A stretch of 63,685 nucleotides of DNA, filler included, from Octopus bimaculoides (Eukaryota): the NCBI RefSeq assembly GCF_001194135.2. It is 4 parts of 4 records of this genome, joined end to end, with 100 filler letters (N's around TTAATTAATTAA, not from the genome) between each part and the next. Parts side by side here need not be neighbours in the genome. Positions count along the whole stretch, not along the records: positions 44,374 to 63,685 come from NC_068981.1; 3 more parts are not named here. One strand, written 5' to 3'. The notes below the pieces were generated by a model. It saw nothing but the letters and a program-made list of their open reading frames with translations, searched no databases and had not been told where the DNA came from. Numbering within the stretch: position 1 is the stretch's first letter; every line of letters starts with the position of its first letter. The translations under genes were made by a program, and so were the position numbers. This document shows, piece by piece, positions 50,761-63,579 of this stretch.

Positions 50761-51169
50761 TAAATGGTGGTTCGTTATTATCACCTTTTTGTTCCAGTTT
50801 CTATGGTGCTTTAAAAATCTCATCACGTCAGTCAGTTTAGAATATAACATCCGTAAAGTTTACTTTGTTGATCACAAAATGACGGGTTGGCTTGCTTGCT
50901 CAACAACGAAGGTACGCCTTTGAGGACGTTTAGTCGTAGAATGTCCTAGATTGCTAAATTTACACCACATTATAAAATGAATAAATTGATATCTATTCTT
51001 ACTTGTCAAGCCATCCCCCCTACTGTCTCACTTCCAAGTGCTGTTCGTCCCAGTTTGTTAAATGGCATTTCCCCAGAAATTATCGATTGCTGACTATACT
51101 ATTGTTTGAAACCAAAGTGACAGTCTAAGAAAAACTGAAGAGCTGGTCATTTTGTCATTATGGCGTTTA

Positions 51170-51604
51170 ATTACTGGGGCGCTGGATTGGTAGAATCGTT
51201 AGTGGTAAACAAAACTTCCAGTAATCGTTCTGATTATTTACGTTCTAAGTTTAACTTTCCAAGGCCGTAAGCATAAAATACCATTCAAGTATTAGGGTCG
51301 ATGTAATTGACCAACCCTTTGCCCAAATTTCTAGCGGGCAATACATCGGTGGGATTATTAGAGCTTCAGACAAATTGCCTTATATTTAGCTCCGTCAGTT
51401 TGCGTTCTGAATTCAGATCCCACCAAGGTCAGCTTTGCCTTTCGTCTTTCCGGGGTCGATAAATTAAATACCAGTCAAACGCTAGGGTCGAATTACGTTC
51501 AAATCCCGAGAAATTAAGCACTAGTCGAATTCGAGAGTCGACATAATCGACTACAGCAATTCACCGCGATAGGTGAAAATCGGCGAAGTAGAAACAATAC
51601 TGTA

Positions 51605-51641
<37 letters not shown>

Positions 51642-52387
51642 CAAAATCTGTAAATATTAAAGATCCAATTTTATTATTAGTGCAAAACAACACCACGGAG
51701 AAATCGACGCAAGCTTAAATAATAAGCCGCGATATGGCGAGGGTTAACTGCATTTTCTTCCTCTGGGTGTTTGTGGCTGCTCTGTCATAGAAACTGTCAT
51801 CATTATTAAGTGCTGTAGGTGACAATTGGAGTTGCTGGCTAACTCCTTTTACATTTTAAGTTCAAGTCCTGTCGGAAGTAAATGTGTTTGGTGGCATAAA
51901 ATAACGCATAGGCATTATGGACGCACCCAATTTCGGCAGCGCGTAATTAGGAAAGGTTTAGTGCGTTCTATCATGTAATATCGGCCCAACTTCGCATACA
52001 GGACCCAGGGTAATTTGAAACTTAAGAAGGGAGGGGCGTCTTACATACTATCAAATACGGTACTTTGCCTTTATCCTTCTGAGATAAAATAAGCACCAAT
52101 CTATTTATTTTCATTCTACCATGGGACTGGGTATTGACTTACAAGCCTTTAATATATTTAGTAGTATATTGGTTTCAAAATTTGGCTGAAGGCCAGCAAT
52201 TTCGGGGGAGGAGCTAAGTTGATTACATCAACCCCAATGCTCAACCGGTACTTATTTTATCGACCCCGAAAGGATGAATGGTAAAGTCGACCCCGGTGGT
52301 ACTTGAACTCAGAACGTAAAAATCGAAAGAAATGCCGCTACACATTTTGTCCGGTGCAGTTACGATTCTGTTGGCTTGCCACCTTAT
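51170..52387. mobile_element. Diverged SINE family A copies (+ 51170-51490, - 52165-52387) and a pogo/Tigger-like MITE remnant (~51890-52061)
   Basis: Consensus matches; GGACGCACC..GGGGCGTCTTAC..AAATACGGTA end motif. Confidence 0.55.
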
Positions 52388-52519
52388 ACTTGGTTGTATA
52401 ACAAAATACAGTGTCCCTACTAGCAAATTAATATACACCTACCAGTTGCCAGGAATATGTTTAATTTGTAAAGTTCGTATATCCAATTGTGTTACACTGA
52501 TATATTTTGAGGCTACTTA

Positions 52520-53375
52520 AGTAATGTGTTCGTGGGTGGTTAACGGGTTGGATACGGTGCTGAAGTTTGCAAAGAAGTGTGCGGTCTGCCATTGTCGAGA
52601 TGAAAGACAATGCTTTTACGATTATTAATGCTGGACGCTTCTGGTGGATGACCTTGTTTAATTTAAGTGGTCACACTACACATCCAAATTGATGGTCCTG
52701 TCTACAGGAAGAATCTCGAAAAAGACAATACTTTTCCGATCCCACCAAATTGAAATCATAGCCTTCTTCAGGTGAAGTCTTGCTTTGGAAGTTGTTTGTG
52801 TTGATTCGCTGCGCTTTCCCCAAGATCGTTTGCGCTTCACATTGTTATAGATGATCCATTTTTCGTCTAGTCACCATTCTTTTAGAGAGGGGGGGGGGAA
52901 GGTTTTCTTCCCTTTTCTGCAACGAATCGCAGATGGAAATCCATCGTGCAAGGTTAGCCTCGTTCAGTTGATGTATGACTCAAGCCTGCCAACGTAACCA
53001 AGCTGATAGAGAGATTTTTAACACTATTTGTCTATTCGGAGAATATCTGTGATTATTTTGATCTTATAACGGCAGCTGATGTTGACTAACTCCATTTTGT
53101 CGCTGTTAATCTCAGTTGGCCCGCCAGAGCGAAGTGCATCTTGAACTCAATTTTCTGGCATAAACGTTCCCTAACAGCATCTCTCTGCACATAGCTAATA
53201 TCTTTCTGCAGATTTCTGTTGCTTTCTTGCCATTTAAAAAATACAAATCACGAGGTCTCGATAATGTTCGTTTTCGTTCTCCATTTTTAAGGTGATCCCA
53301 AGCACACAAAACATAACCTGTCTCTTTGCGCCTTAGAGTCAAACTATATTGAAGAGTCATGTATATAACGAGTAC
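52520..53375 (-). mobile_element. Mariner transposase relic
   Basis: rc translation KWIIYNNVKRKRSWGK..RLHLKKAMISIWWDRKSIVFFEILP..TIN, characteristic of mariner DD34D transposases; multiple stops. Confidence 0.75.
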
Positions 53376-55089
53376 GCATGCGCAAGGAACAGATTGAAAT
53401 TAGCTACTTACAAGAGTGCTTGAAATTTAATGTCGACAAAAACTGGACTTGTTGACTAACCCAATATGATTTTTAATATAGAGCAAAACAGTTTTCAGTG
53501 ATTACAAATATAAAAAGAGTAGCGAAAGAAAATACTAGATTCAGTTCCGATTCGTACATAAGTATATCTCAGATCACGAAAAGACGAAAGAAAGGAAAGC
53601 ATGAACACCGGAAACTTGAAAAGCAAAGTTGAACTCGACAAGATTTGAATCCAGAAAATAAAAGACCATGACTAAATCCACAAAGTAGTTTATCCGATGC
53701 TCTAATGATCCTGCCAGTCCACTGCGATAATAGTAACGATGTAAAAAGTAGGAACTCGAAATGTGGATCCCTTTTAGATCATTAGTTGGTCATGGAGGTA
53801 TCAGTACAACTTTTACGAACTTAAACCTGTTACTCTAAACTGCCAATTCTCTTCACCTGAAAAAGGATTTTGTAGCGAAGCAGGATTTGTTTAAAGCTCA
53901 CTATTATTTCTTGCAAACACGACTGCAACTGATCTTATTTGAGTTGATGATGTACAAAAGCTGAAAATACTGTAGTTTTAGCAATTCCTGTTAAACTGTA
54001 ATATAGCGATAGCCTTTCAATTATTGCTCAGTTGTTCACTGGTTTAGGATATGTTTGTGTCTAGTTCGTTCAAGTAATAAATAAAAGAAATATACATTAG
54101 ACAATTAATTGAGGTACAAACACTGATTTCCTGACACTGATGGTCCGGGATCTCTTAATCCGCACTAATTTACACTAATGTACATATAACTGTATGTCAT
54201 TTAATTAAGTAAATTTAGTATTTGCTAGTGTTGACCAAGGTGGCCGCTCCTGGTTCAGAGAAATCAATAATCCAGAAAAGTGTTGGAACCAAAGGTCCGA
54301 AAAATTGATGTCGTGTCTGTAATAGCGAAATCTTCAAATCAGACCTTACCATCTTAAAAGGGAAATGATACAATGAACAAAATAGTCAGAGATACACTAG
54401 GACTGAATAAAAGACATGATAGACATTAGTGACTTATCTCTAATCACTGGTCCGGACAGCTCGATGATTGGGAGTGATAAGCAAAATGACCACATAGAGT
54501 GGAAGAGACGATTAATTCATTAAAAAGACAATTTTTCATTTTTATACGCAAAACAAACTATCAAAACATCTTTTCTTCCAAAGAGCCAACCCCAACTCTC
54601 CAAAAAAAAAAAAATCATTAAGCTGCTCAGCAAATTTATTGTAATGCTTACCGATTAGTTGAAAAAGGATTGGACTCATGGCTTTGATACTTTCTAGGTG
54701 AAACTAACAGCAATCACTTGAAACCCCAACCTGGCGGGAAAATTGACTTCTATTTAAAAAAAAAACACAAAAATATCTAGTTTTTATTATGCAAATAAGA
54801 GTGAAGAATGTTAAAGCTGAATATAATCTTCCAGCAAACTGAAGTCTATGATAAGGTTTCGAATCTGCTAGAATCTCTTCAGTTTATTTTCTATGCCTCA
54901 AATATTTGTAAATGCCGTGTAACGAAGTTCATGATTTTACAAATGATATTAAGCTTTCTCCGATTAAGGATAGAAACTAGGAGAAATTAAGTTCAACTGA
55001 GAAATGAATTCCTCTTCAAGCTGAATATCTCTATCATTCTAAATTAGCAGTTCTCAAACAGACATATATCATGCCATGCCTCCCAAATA

Positions 55090-56057
55090 CTTTGGTTTCA
55101 CATTTTGGAACAAGACCAGCAGTTTCGGGGGAGGAGTAAGTCGATTACATCAATCACAGTGCTGAACTGGTACTCGTTTTATCGACCCCGAAGGGATGAA
55201 AGGCAAAGTCGACCTCGGTGGAAGTTGAACTCAGAATGTACTGACGGACAAAATGCCACTAAGCATTCTGCCCGGCGTGCTAATGATTCTGCCAGCTCAC
55301 CGCCCTATCGCTCCAAAATATATTAATGAAATTTTTATTCCCTGTCCTCTTTATAAATATTTTCTGATTTAAGAACCTGGCCAACAATTTTGATGGGTGG
55401 CTATTAATCATACCAACGAGCCCACTACTTGGCGGGTACTTTATTTTGTCGATCCCGAACGGATAAAAGGCAAAATCGACCTCGATGTAATTTGAACTCA
55501 GAATGTAAAGAGCCGGAACAAGTATCGCGAAGCATTTTACCTGAGGCCCTATTCTGCCAGCTCGCCACCTTTTTAATAATTATTTCTGATTTCGGCACAN
55601 NNNNNNNNNNNNNNNNNNNNNNNNNNNNNNNNNNNNNNNNNNNNNNNNNNNNNNNNNNNNNNNNNNNNNNNNNNNNCACAAGGCCGGTAATTTTTGAGTT
55701 GAAACCATTGGCCCCAGTATTTGACTGGTACTTTATTTTATCGACTCCGAAAGGATGAAAGGCAAAATTGACCTCGGCGAGGTGTGAACATAGATCGGAA
55801 TGAGCCAGAAGAAACGCCGTCAACGCTCCAATGATTCTGCCAGCATGCCGCCTCTCTTCTCTAAACGAGAAGTCTAGATGGCGAGCTGGCAGGATCGTTA
55901 GCACGCCGGGGAAAATGCTTGGCGGCATTTCGTCCGTCTTTACGTTCTGAGTTCAAATTCTGCCGAGATCAACTTTGCCTTTCATCCTTTCGGAGTCGAT
56001 AAAACAAGTACCAGCTGAGCACTGTAGTCGATGTAATCGGATTATCCCCTCCCCCGA
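55090..56057. mobile_element. Cluster of four SINE family A copies (three -, last +)
   Basis: 55090-55305, 55380-55575, 55677-55852 (-); 55879-56057 (+). Confidence 0.85.
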
Positions 56058-56079
56058 ATGTGTACATCCGAGAGGATCT

Positions 56080-57960
56080 CACGCTCCAGGTCCTGCTGTC
56101 ATATTGAAATTCAGTGTGTGACACTCAAATCGTATACATATGACAATTTGATATTGCTATATGTATTACATATCGCCCACCAAATGCTCGAAATCACACA
56201 GGAAAGTTTGAAGACTGTCACAAAGATAGGAAAAGTTCTCACCAAACTGGAGCAATACAACAGTGTATTCCTCTTGAGTGACTTCAACTTCCCCAATGTA
56301 AGATGGCCCAAGGGACTAATGCTCTCAAGAATGACACACTTCCAACAAGCACAGGTGGAGTACCTGCTCAGCCTTACCAATGCTTCATTCATGGAGCAAA
56401 TTGCGCTCCAACCAATCAGGGCGAATAATATACTTCACAAACAATATGGACGTCATCTATAGTGTAAAAGTGATACCGACTCTAATCTCGGATAACAGTA
56501 TAATAAAACAGTCTATGTATGGATCAAAAGCTTCTACAGACGTACGAAGAACTCGAAATCTCTTCAAACTGAACTTTCATAAAGCTAACTGGAAGTCGAT
56601 TGGGAAAGAGATCCTCAAACAGGATTGGCCTAAATATCTCACCACACCAGACATTGACATGAAGCTCAAACATTTCATGTCTGTAATGCAAGCCATATGT
56701 GACAAATCTGTTCCAGAGTACAAGGCCAACACACGCAACAACAAGATCCCTAGAGAGAAAATTCGTATAAGACGACGGACAAAGATTGCAAACCGCCTGA
56801 ACAAACATCTCAAAAGTAGTGGAAAGTCCCGCCTGAAAAGAATGCTGTTGGAGATTGAGAAAAGTTTGCATCAATCCCATGAAAAGGAGAGAGCAGACAC
56901 GGAAGCCTGGGTTATAGAAAATATTAAGTCAAACCCTAAAGTTTTCTTTAACTTTACCAATGAAATGGCCTCAGTACACTACAAAGTAGGACCCTCTTCC
57001 AAAAGGGCTGAGGAAAATAACATGTATTTTAATGCTGGAAAATTCCAAGCTCTGCGCTAGCTGCACACAAAGCTAAACGAAACGCAGACAGGATACACTG
57101 GCTCAGGAAGAATCGCAATCAGTGCGTGACCGGGGCTATCTTTTAGAGAGTTGTGTAGCCACTCTCCAAGTTTTCCGACTATGCCAATATCTCGCAGTTG
57201 GTGACATATACTATGGTCGACTTTATCAAAGGCTTTTGCAAAGCCGAAATATATCACGTTTACATTTGAGTTGTTGAGCGGCTGTTTTAACATTTGAGTT
57301 GTTGAGCTGCGTATTACTAATTTGGCAATAAAATGCAGACGGCTCACCAGATGGATCCTACGAACTTTCAGAACGAGAGAACAGGAAACTATGATGATCC
57401 TTTAGAGGATATATAACTTCAGCCGCTTAGACTACTGCTCCTGACTATGGTCACCACAGAGTATAAAATTAACGGCGGAACTCGAAGCAATCCAACGAAG
57501 CTACACAAAGAAAATCGTCTCGATATAACATGTCAACAATAAGGAAAAGGCTGAAAAAAGTTAAGACTTTATTTCCTTGAACGAAGGCAGGAAAGATATG
57601 CAGTGATATACATCTAGAAGATCCTGGAAGGAATTTACCATACTTTGGCATTGAAAGATACACAAACAACAGAACGGGGCGCCGCTTCATAGTACCAGGG
57701 ATCCCAACAACGCTATCAAAATACAGGACTAGATACTTAAACAGCTTGAGTTTCAAGGGCCCACAGCTCTTCAATATCTTTCCAAAATGCCTGAGAGACC
57801 TGCATGGTGTGGATGTAGGTGTCTTCAAAACAAACTGGATCTTCTTTTGTCAAGGGTTCCGGATGAGCCTACCTCAGGGCATGAAATACAGATGAGGGCA
57901 ACACCATCAAACTCCCTTATTCACTAAATTCCACATATCAGAGAAGGTTTCAAACAATGA
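56080..57960 (+). mobile_element. Rearranged CR1-like LINE (endonuclease end, linker, inverted RT core piece, 3' end)
   Basis: LLSDFNFPNVRW (APE end); NFHKANWKSI..; NNMYFNAGKFQAL; inverted YFGFAKAFDKVDH (57121-57340, - strand); RLDYCS.LWSPQ..ELEAIQRSYTKKI..LERRQERYAVIY. Confidence 0.85.
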
Positions 57961-58039
57961 CGGTATAGCAAAGCCAATGGTTGTGCCCCAGCATGACCGT
58001 AGCTTTCGAACTGAAACTGGTTAATATATATATGTAGTG

Positions 58040-58250
58040 AAACTACCTCCCGCCATTAGATACAAAACTACTATCGCCATTACATACAATCTTCTCATTT
58101 AAATATAAATAAATGCGAGCGTAGTAGAGAACCCATTCCTTGTCATCACGTGACTGATTATTATTCGAATCGGCAACTTCTTCGAACCTTTCCCGCCAGA
58201 ACGCAAACTGACCAATCACGGCCCCTAATAAGGTCACGTGATAGAGTAAA
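58040..58250. promoter_or_regulatory. Dense motif cluster: 2x E2F-type, 2x TCACGTGA E-box, CCAAT
   Basis: CTCCCGCCA 58047-58055, TCACGTGA 58146-58153, TTTCCCGCCA 58189-58198, CCAAT 58212-58216, TCACGTGA 58234-58241. Confidence 0.4.
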
Positions 58251-58768
58251 ATTCTGAAGGCATTTGGAGCCCTCTAAACGCCTTAAATAGAGCAACTCAT
58301 ACCCAACAAATTTGTCTCGGTCCAGTTTCTCTTTGAGAACTGTTCCGTGTACCANNNNNNNNNNNNNNNNNNNNNNNNNNNNNNNNNNNNNNNNNNNNNN
58401 NNNNNNNNNNNNNNNNNNNNNNNNNNNNNNNNNNNNNNNNNNNNNNNNNNNNNNNNNNNNNNNNNNNNNNNNNNNNNNNNNNNNNNNNNNNNNNNNNNNN
58501 NNNNNNNNNNNNNNNNNNNNNNNNNNNNNNNNNNNNNNNNNNNNNNNNNNNNNNNNNNNNNNNNNNNNNNNNNNNNNNNNNNNNNNNNNNNNNNNNNNNN
58601 NNNNNNNNNNNNNNNNNNNNNNNNNNNNNNNNNNNNNNNNNNNNNNNNNNNNNNNNNNNNNNNNNNNNNNNNNNNNNNNNNNNNNNNNNNNNNNNNNNNN
58701 NNNNNNNNNNNNNNNNNNNNNNNNNNNNNNNNNNNNNNNNNNNNNNNNNNNNNNNNNNNNNNNNNNNN

Positions 58769-59140
58769 TGTATAACAAGAATCACGGCCCGGCATCGATG
58801 CCACGACATCACAACTAGTGATCAGCACTGCCACACTCAGCCTCTCCTCACTTTCACATACAGATTCATATTATTGTGTACCCAAGAACTGGTATAATTG
58901 TTCACGTGTTATATATTGACTCTCTTTCTATCTGCTGTAATAATACACATACACATATATGTATCACTCACATACACACTTTTCTTTGTATGACGGCCTG
59001 TCTTTGATTATGTTCTTATATGTCGCATTCACACTCTCACACAGACATACATCTTTAACGCTACAATAAATATCTCTGTTATTCATCTAATACGGTTGTG
59101 GTCTTTCATTACTGGTCATCTATGTTATCGTCGCATAACA
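58769..59140 (+). mobile_element. Probable LTR (solo, or 3' LTR whose 5' side lies in the gap)
   Basis: TG.. start at the gap edge, AATAAA near the 3' end, terminal ..CATAACA; LTR-like composition. Confidence 0.45.
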
Positions 59141-59351
59141 TATATATATCACCCATCGATATATATTTGTATGTTCGACCGTGTGACGCGTTTAAATAAA
59201 AGGAGTCCTCTGTTTTTCCATTCGTCACCATTGCTCCTTTTCTGAGTTCGCACGGTCGTCCCTTACATATATATATATATACACATACATCATTATATAT
59301 ATAATGGAGATTGAGAAGGTAATAATCGAATTTTATATATGTATGTTTACA

Positions 59352-59466
59352 TTAAATAATTGATAGGGAAGACATAGTGTACTGTAAGCTTTATTTAGCA
59401 CCACGCTCGTTTCGTCGTGCTAAATAAAGCTTACAGTACACACTGTCTTCCCTATCAATTATTTAA
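59352..59466. other. 50-bp near-perfect inverted repeat (hairpin/cruciform)
   Basis: 59352-59401 pairs with 59417-59466 at 48/50; 15-nt spacer. Confidence 0.9.
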
Positions 59467-59660
59467 AATATACTAAACGCCCACCGAGGAATTCCTTACG
59501 TAGCTCCTACGACTGAACTGCAGTACCGCGGATGACGCCTGGTAGCCGTACGTAGTGATCGTGCTCTCAAGACGCACTACTCGGGACATGCCCAAAACAA
59601 GGTTTGCATACTACATTTTAAAGTCTCCTATCTAAACTTTAATTTTAAACATAACCTATG

Positions 59661-59699
<39 letters not shown>

Positions 59700-60175
59700 N
59701 NNNNNNNNNNNNNNNNNNNNNNNNNNNNNNNNNNNNNNNNNNNNNNNNNNNNNNNNNNNNNNNNNNNNNNNNNNNNNNNNNNNNNNNNNNNNNNNNNNNN
59801 NNNNNNNNNNNNNNNNNNNNNNNNNNNNNNNNNNNNNNNNNNNNNNNNNNNNNNNNNNNNNNNNNNNNNNNNNNNNNNNNNNNNNNNNNNNNNNNNNNNN
59901 NNNNNNNNNNNNNNNNNNNNNNNNNNNNNNNNNNNNNNNNNNNNNNNNNNNNNNNNNNNNNNNNNNNNNNNNNNNNNNNNNNNNNNNNNNNNNNNNNNNN
60001 NNNNNNNNNNNNNNNNNNNNNNNNNNNNNNNNNNNNNNNNNNNNNNNNNNNNNNNNNNNNNNNNNNNNNNNNNNNNNNNNNNNNNNNNNNNNNNNNNNNN
60101 NNNNNNNNNNNNNNNNNNNNNNNNNNNNNNNNNNNNNNNNNNNNNNNNNNNNNNNNNNNNNNNNNNNNNNNNNNN

Positions 60176-60216
<41 letters not shown>

Positions 60217-60679
60217 CCTCTCTCTCTCTCTCTTTCGATATATCAAATAATGTTTATGTCATGATTTCTGTATTACTGTATGTCTCGTGCAGCAACAACA
60301 ACAACGACAATGTTTCTTCTTGGAAAACTGGTAACAAGGACAACGAGGGAGGGGCTTGCTGTATTGATAAATTTCCAACGTTATGTGAGTTATTTATTGC
60401 GTCAATAAAGCAACAACGTCACCATGACGACGTTGTCGGCTGATTTACCCTGGAGTCAATGAAGTGGTAGATTAAACTTGAAAAAATATATAAATAAATT
60501 AATGATGACTGAAAGAACAGAGGGGAGGAATTGGGTGAATTAGTGAGCAAATGGATTACTTTATATATGTCGGTGGTGTGTTTTAACAGTGAATGAGTGA
60601 GTTACTGATGCAAATAGTGAAAGATTAGTAGTGAATGGAGGTAATTAGTGAATGTGCATGAAACACGTAATCTTTCTGC

Positions 60680-60895
60680 AATAGGCAGAAGTCTTGAAAG
60701 TTTGTGGGTAGAGAGCTAATCGATTACATCGATTCCTGTGCTTAACTGGTGCTTATTTCACCGACCCCGAAAAGAGAAAAGGCGAAATCGACCTCGACGG
60801 AATTTAAATTCATATCGTTGAGCCAGAAGAAACGAAGAAACACTGCTAAGCATTTTATCCCGTATGCTAATGAGTCTGCCTGCTCGTCACCTTAT
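60680..60895 (-). mobile_element. Diverged SINE family A
   Basis: Consensus match with tail. Confidence 0.7.
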
Positions 60896-61269
60896 GGGAG
60901 CTAACTTAATGGGATCTTTTTGGTTTGACGGGCAACATTTTTTATTAATGTTTTATGTAGTGTTTTTGGTACCGAAACACTTTCAAACTTCGTATACTTG
61001 TATATTTTGTATTATAGAACAGATAAAAAATTACGGCAGTAACTGTATTCAGCTGAATAGACGTCAGTGATTGGTTGAAATTACCGAAATACGACAACTT
61101 TAACATGAAATAACTTATTAAGAACTAATTTTTGTTAAGAAGGCTAAGAGAAAAAGATGTTTTATATGACACATTCTACCAGTATCCCAAGTCTGAAAGT
61201 GTTTCGTTAAGAAAACAAGTGTTGCCCGTCAAACCAAAAAGATCCACTTAATGTAGTGAACCAATAGAT

Positions 61270-61700
61270 TCTTCTTCTTCTTCTTCTTCTTCTTCTTCTT
61301 CTTCTTCTTCCCACTACTCCTAGTAAGGTCATGGGGACGGGGGGCGTGAAGAGCCCCGAAGCACCCCCTCCACAGGATCCTATCAGAAGCAGCCGTCATT
61401 CGACTTTCCGACTAGATTCCCAGCTGTGACCAAACTGGGATTATGGACGCTATCCAACCACTTTGTTCTAGTTCTATCCCTTGGTCTCCTGCCAGTTAGC
61501 TTGGCTCGATGAATACGTCTCGTGATTCATTCCTGAGACATTCTAATCACATGCCTGTATTACTAAAGTTGTAACCTCACAATGCGGAGAAGTAGCGGCC
61601 TGGCCTGAAAAAGACTCCCTGATCTCCCGAGTTACGCATCCTGTCGAGTAACGTTACTCCAGAGATCTGTCGGAGCAACCTCATTTCGGCCACTTGTTTT
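61270..61700 (-). mobile_element. RTE-clade LINE 3' fragment with (GAA)n tail
   Basis: rc QVAEMRLLRQISGVTLLDRMRNS..HVIRMSQE..GRRPRDRTRTKWLDSV; (TTC)n at 61270-61310. Confidence 0.8.
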
Positions 61701-62779
61701 AACGAACGTTCACATTCGGTAATTAATTTGTAACAAGAAAGGTTTCTTTATGTATTGGAAAATAATTTATTTGTTACATTAATAGGGAAAATGTTCATGC
61801 AATACAATTAATGGAAACATTCAGATAAAACAATAATGTGACACATACAGAAAGAATTTGTTAGAAACTCAGCATTTGAGTTAATTTTTCCATATCAAAT
61901 ATATATTCAGATGCCGTGGTGCGTCTTCTTCTTCCAGGTTGAATATGCAGCTGTAAAAACAACTATTAGGAGAGTGTATGCCAACTCGATGTGGGACATT
62001 GAATCTTTGGCGCTCGATTTGGTTGTATTTATAGGGCTCGCTCATGGAGAGTTATAGTCAGAACACCGAACTACCATATGAACAGCAGCCTTTTATTGGA
62101 TAAAATCTCGGTTGTGCACATGATTGAATTGTGATTTCTTTGTGACAAAATGCGGGAGCAAATCCAATGCTATAAATTAATTAAAAGTCTAAACACCATA
62201 GCGATGTTGCTCAGTAGGTACGCACGTGAAGCTGAGTGTGAATGATATAGCAACACCAAGAAAACATTTAATAGTAACTTTTTTTCAACGCACAAGTAAT
62301 ATTGAGGTTGGTCATGAATTATAAGGTTTCACGACAGCTTAACACAGTTGAAGGAATAATTCGGTAGTGTTCATAAATAGTTGATTACAAAAACTCTGTA
62401 CTGAGGTTTGTCAAGACAAGAGATAATATACACAATAAAATCATTTTGGCCAACTAAATCGACATATCCAAGCTGAGCAGACAGTTGTAAAAACGACTGT
62501 TATAATGACAAGAGAGTGTGTGTAGCAGGACTGCAGATTACCATACACTCTGAAAATTGACGCTAAAAATAAGTCTTTATATAACTCTTGCAGGGAAAAG
62601 TTCCAGAAAGATCTAGATTGATCTATCACGTGAAGCTTGGCTGCTGATAGGCCAATAACTCAGCCTCTCACATGAACGAAGTTGTACTATATCGTGAATT
62701 AAACTTCGTAATTTGCTAACTCGGCTTCGGGTCATGTTACAGTGAGAAGAACCGACCGACCAACCAACCAACCAACCAA

Positions 62780-63260
62780 CCAACCATTATTTTAAAGATT
62801 TACTCTGGTCAATAAAGGGAGGGTAGACAACACTCAGGATTTAAATAAATTAAAATTGGATAGCAGTCGGAAGTAAGACTGGTCTTTAGTAGTACGGTAA
62901 CAACTCTGGACATGTTTCGGCGTCTTTAACCTCTTCAGTAATGCATACGTTAATCGTTGGTGTTAGATCTTAAATGGATAGGGATATGTAATGGATCTGT
63001 GTGTGTGTGTGTGTGTGTAAATGAACGTGGAACAACAAAGCAGAGTAAAAGAATGATTGAGAAAATACCCGGAGACGCCTGTTGTGTGAAAAACAAATAA
63101 TAAAATAATTTAGTAAGCTGTTGAGTAATTAGGAGAATGGACGAACGTGTGAGTAGGTGAGTGAATGTGTAGCGAGACAGGAAGGATCTATTTTGTTGCT
63201 GTGGAAGATTCCAGCCAATCAGAGCTAGAGGCGTATGAATAAAACGGCAGTGATCTGCTT
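62780..63260 (-). mobile_element. Possible Penelope pseudo-LTR remnant with a hammerhead-like core (62909-62938)
   Basis: rc CTGAAGAG-GTTAAAGACGC-CGAAACATGTC; AGCCAATCAG at ~63213. Confidence 0.45.
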
Positions 63261-63543
63261 AAGCTAAGAAAAAAAAAAAATCACTACAACAGCGAAGCGG
63301 TAGTTTCAAACTAGTTGCGGATTTGACGGAATAGAAGCAACATCGCTTTCTTCGACATGTCACATTTTTTGTGTCCACCACCAACTACACACAATTCATT
63401 CGATTAATATCAGCTTCCATTCTGCTTCATATATATATATATATATTTGAAGAAAAGCAACAAAAATGTATTAGGTTTTACCCTACCAAATTCTGGTGCC
63501 ACATACATTTTAAGTACCACATTTCATCTTTTGATTAAATCTA

Positions 63544-63574
<31 letters not shown>

Positions 63575-63579
63575 TTATA

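Noticed and set aside
61900-62110. Possible plus-strand acceptors (ATTCAG| ~61910, CTTCTTCCAG| ~61938) as exon 2 of the divergent transcript
   Set aside because: No convincing downstream donor or coding frame; cannot be supported without RNA data.
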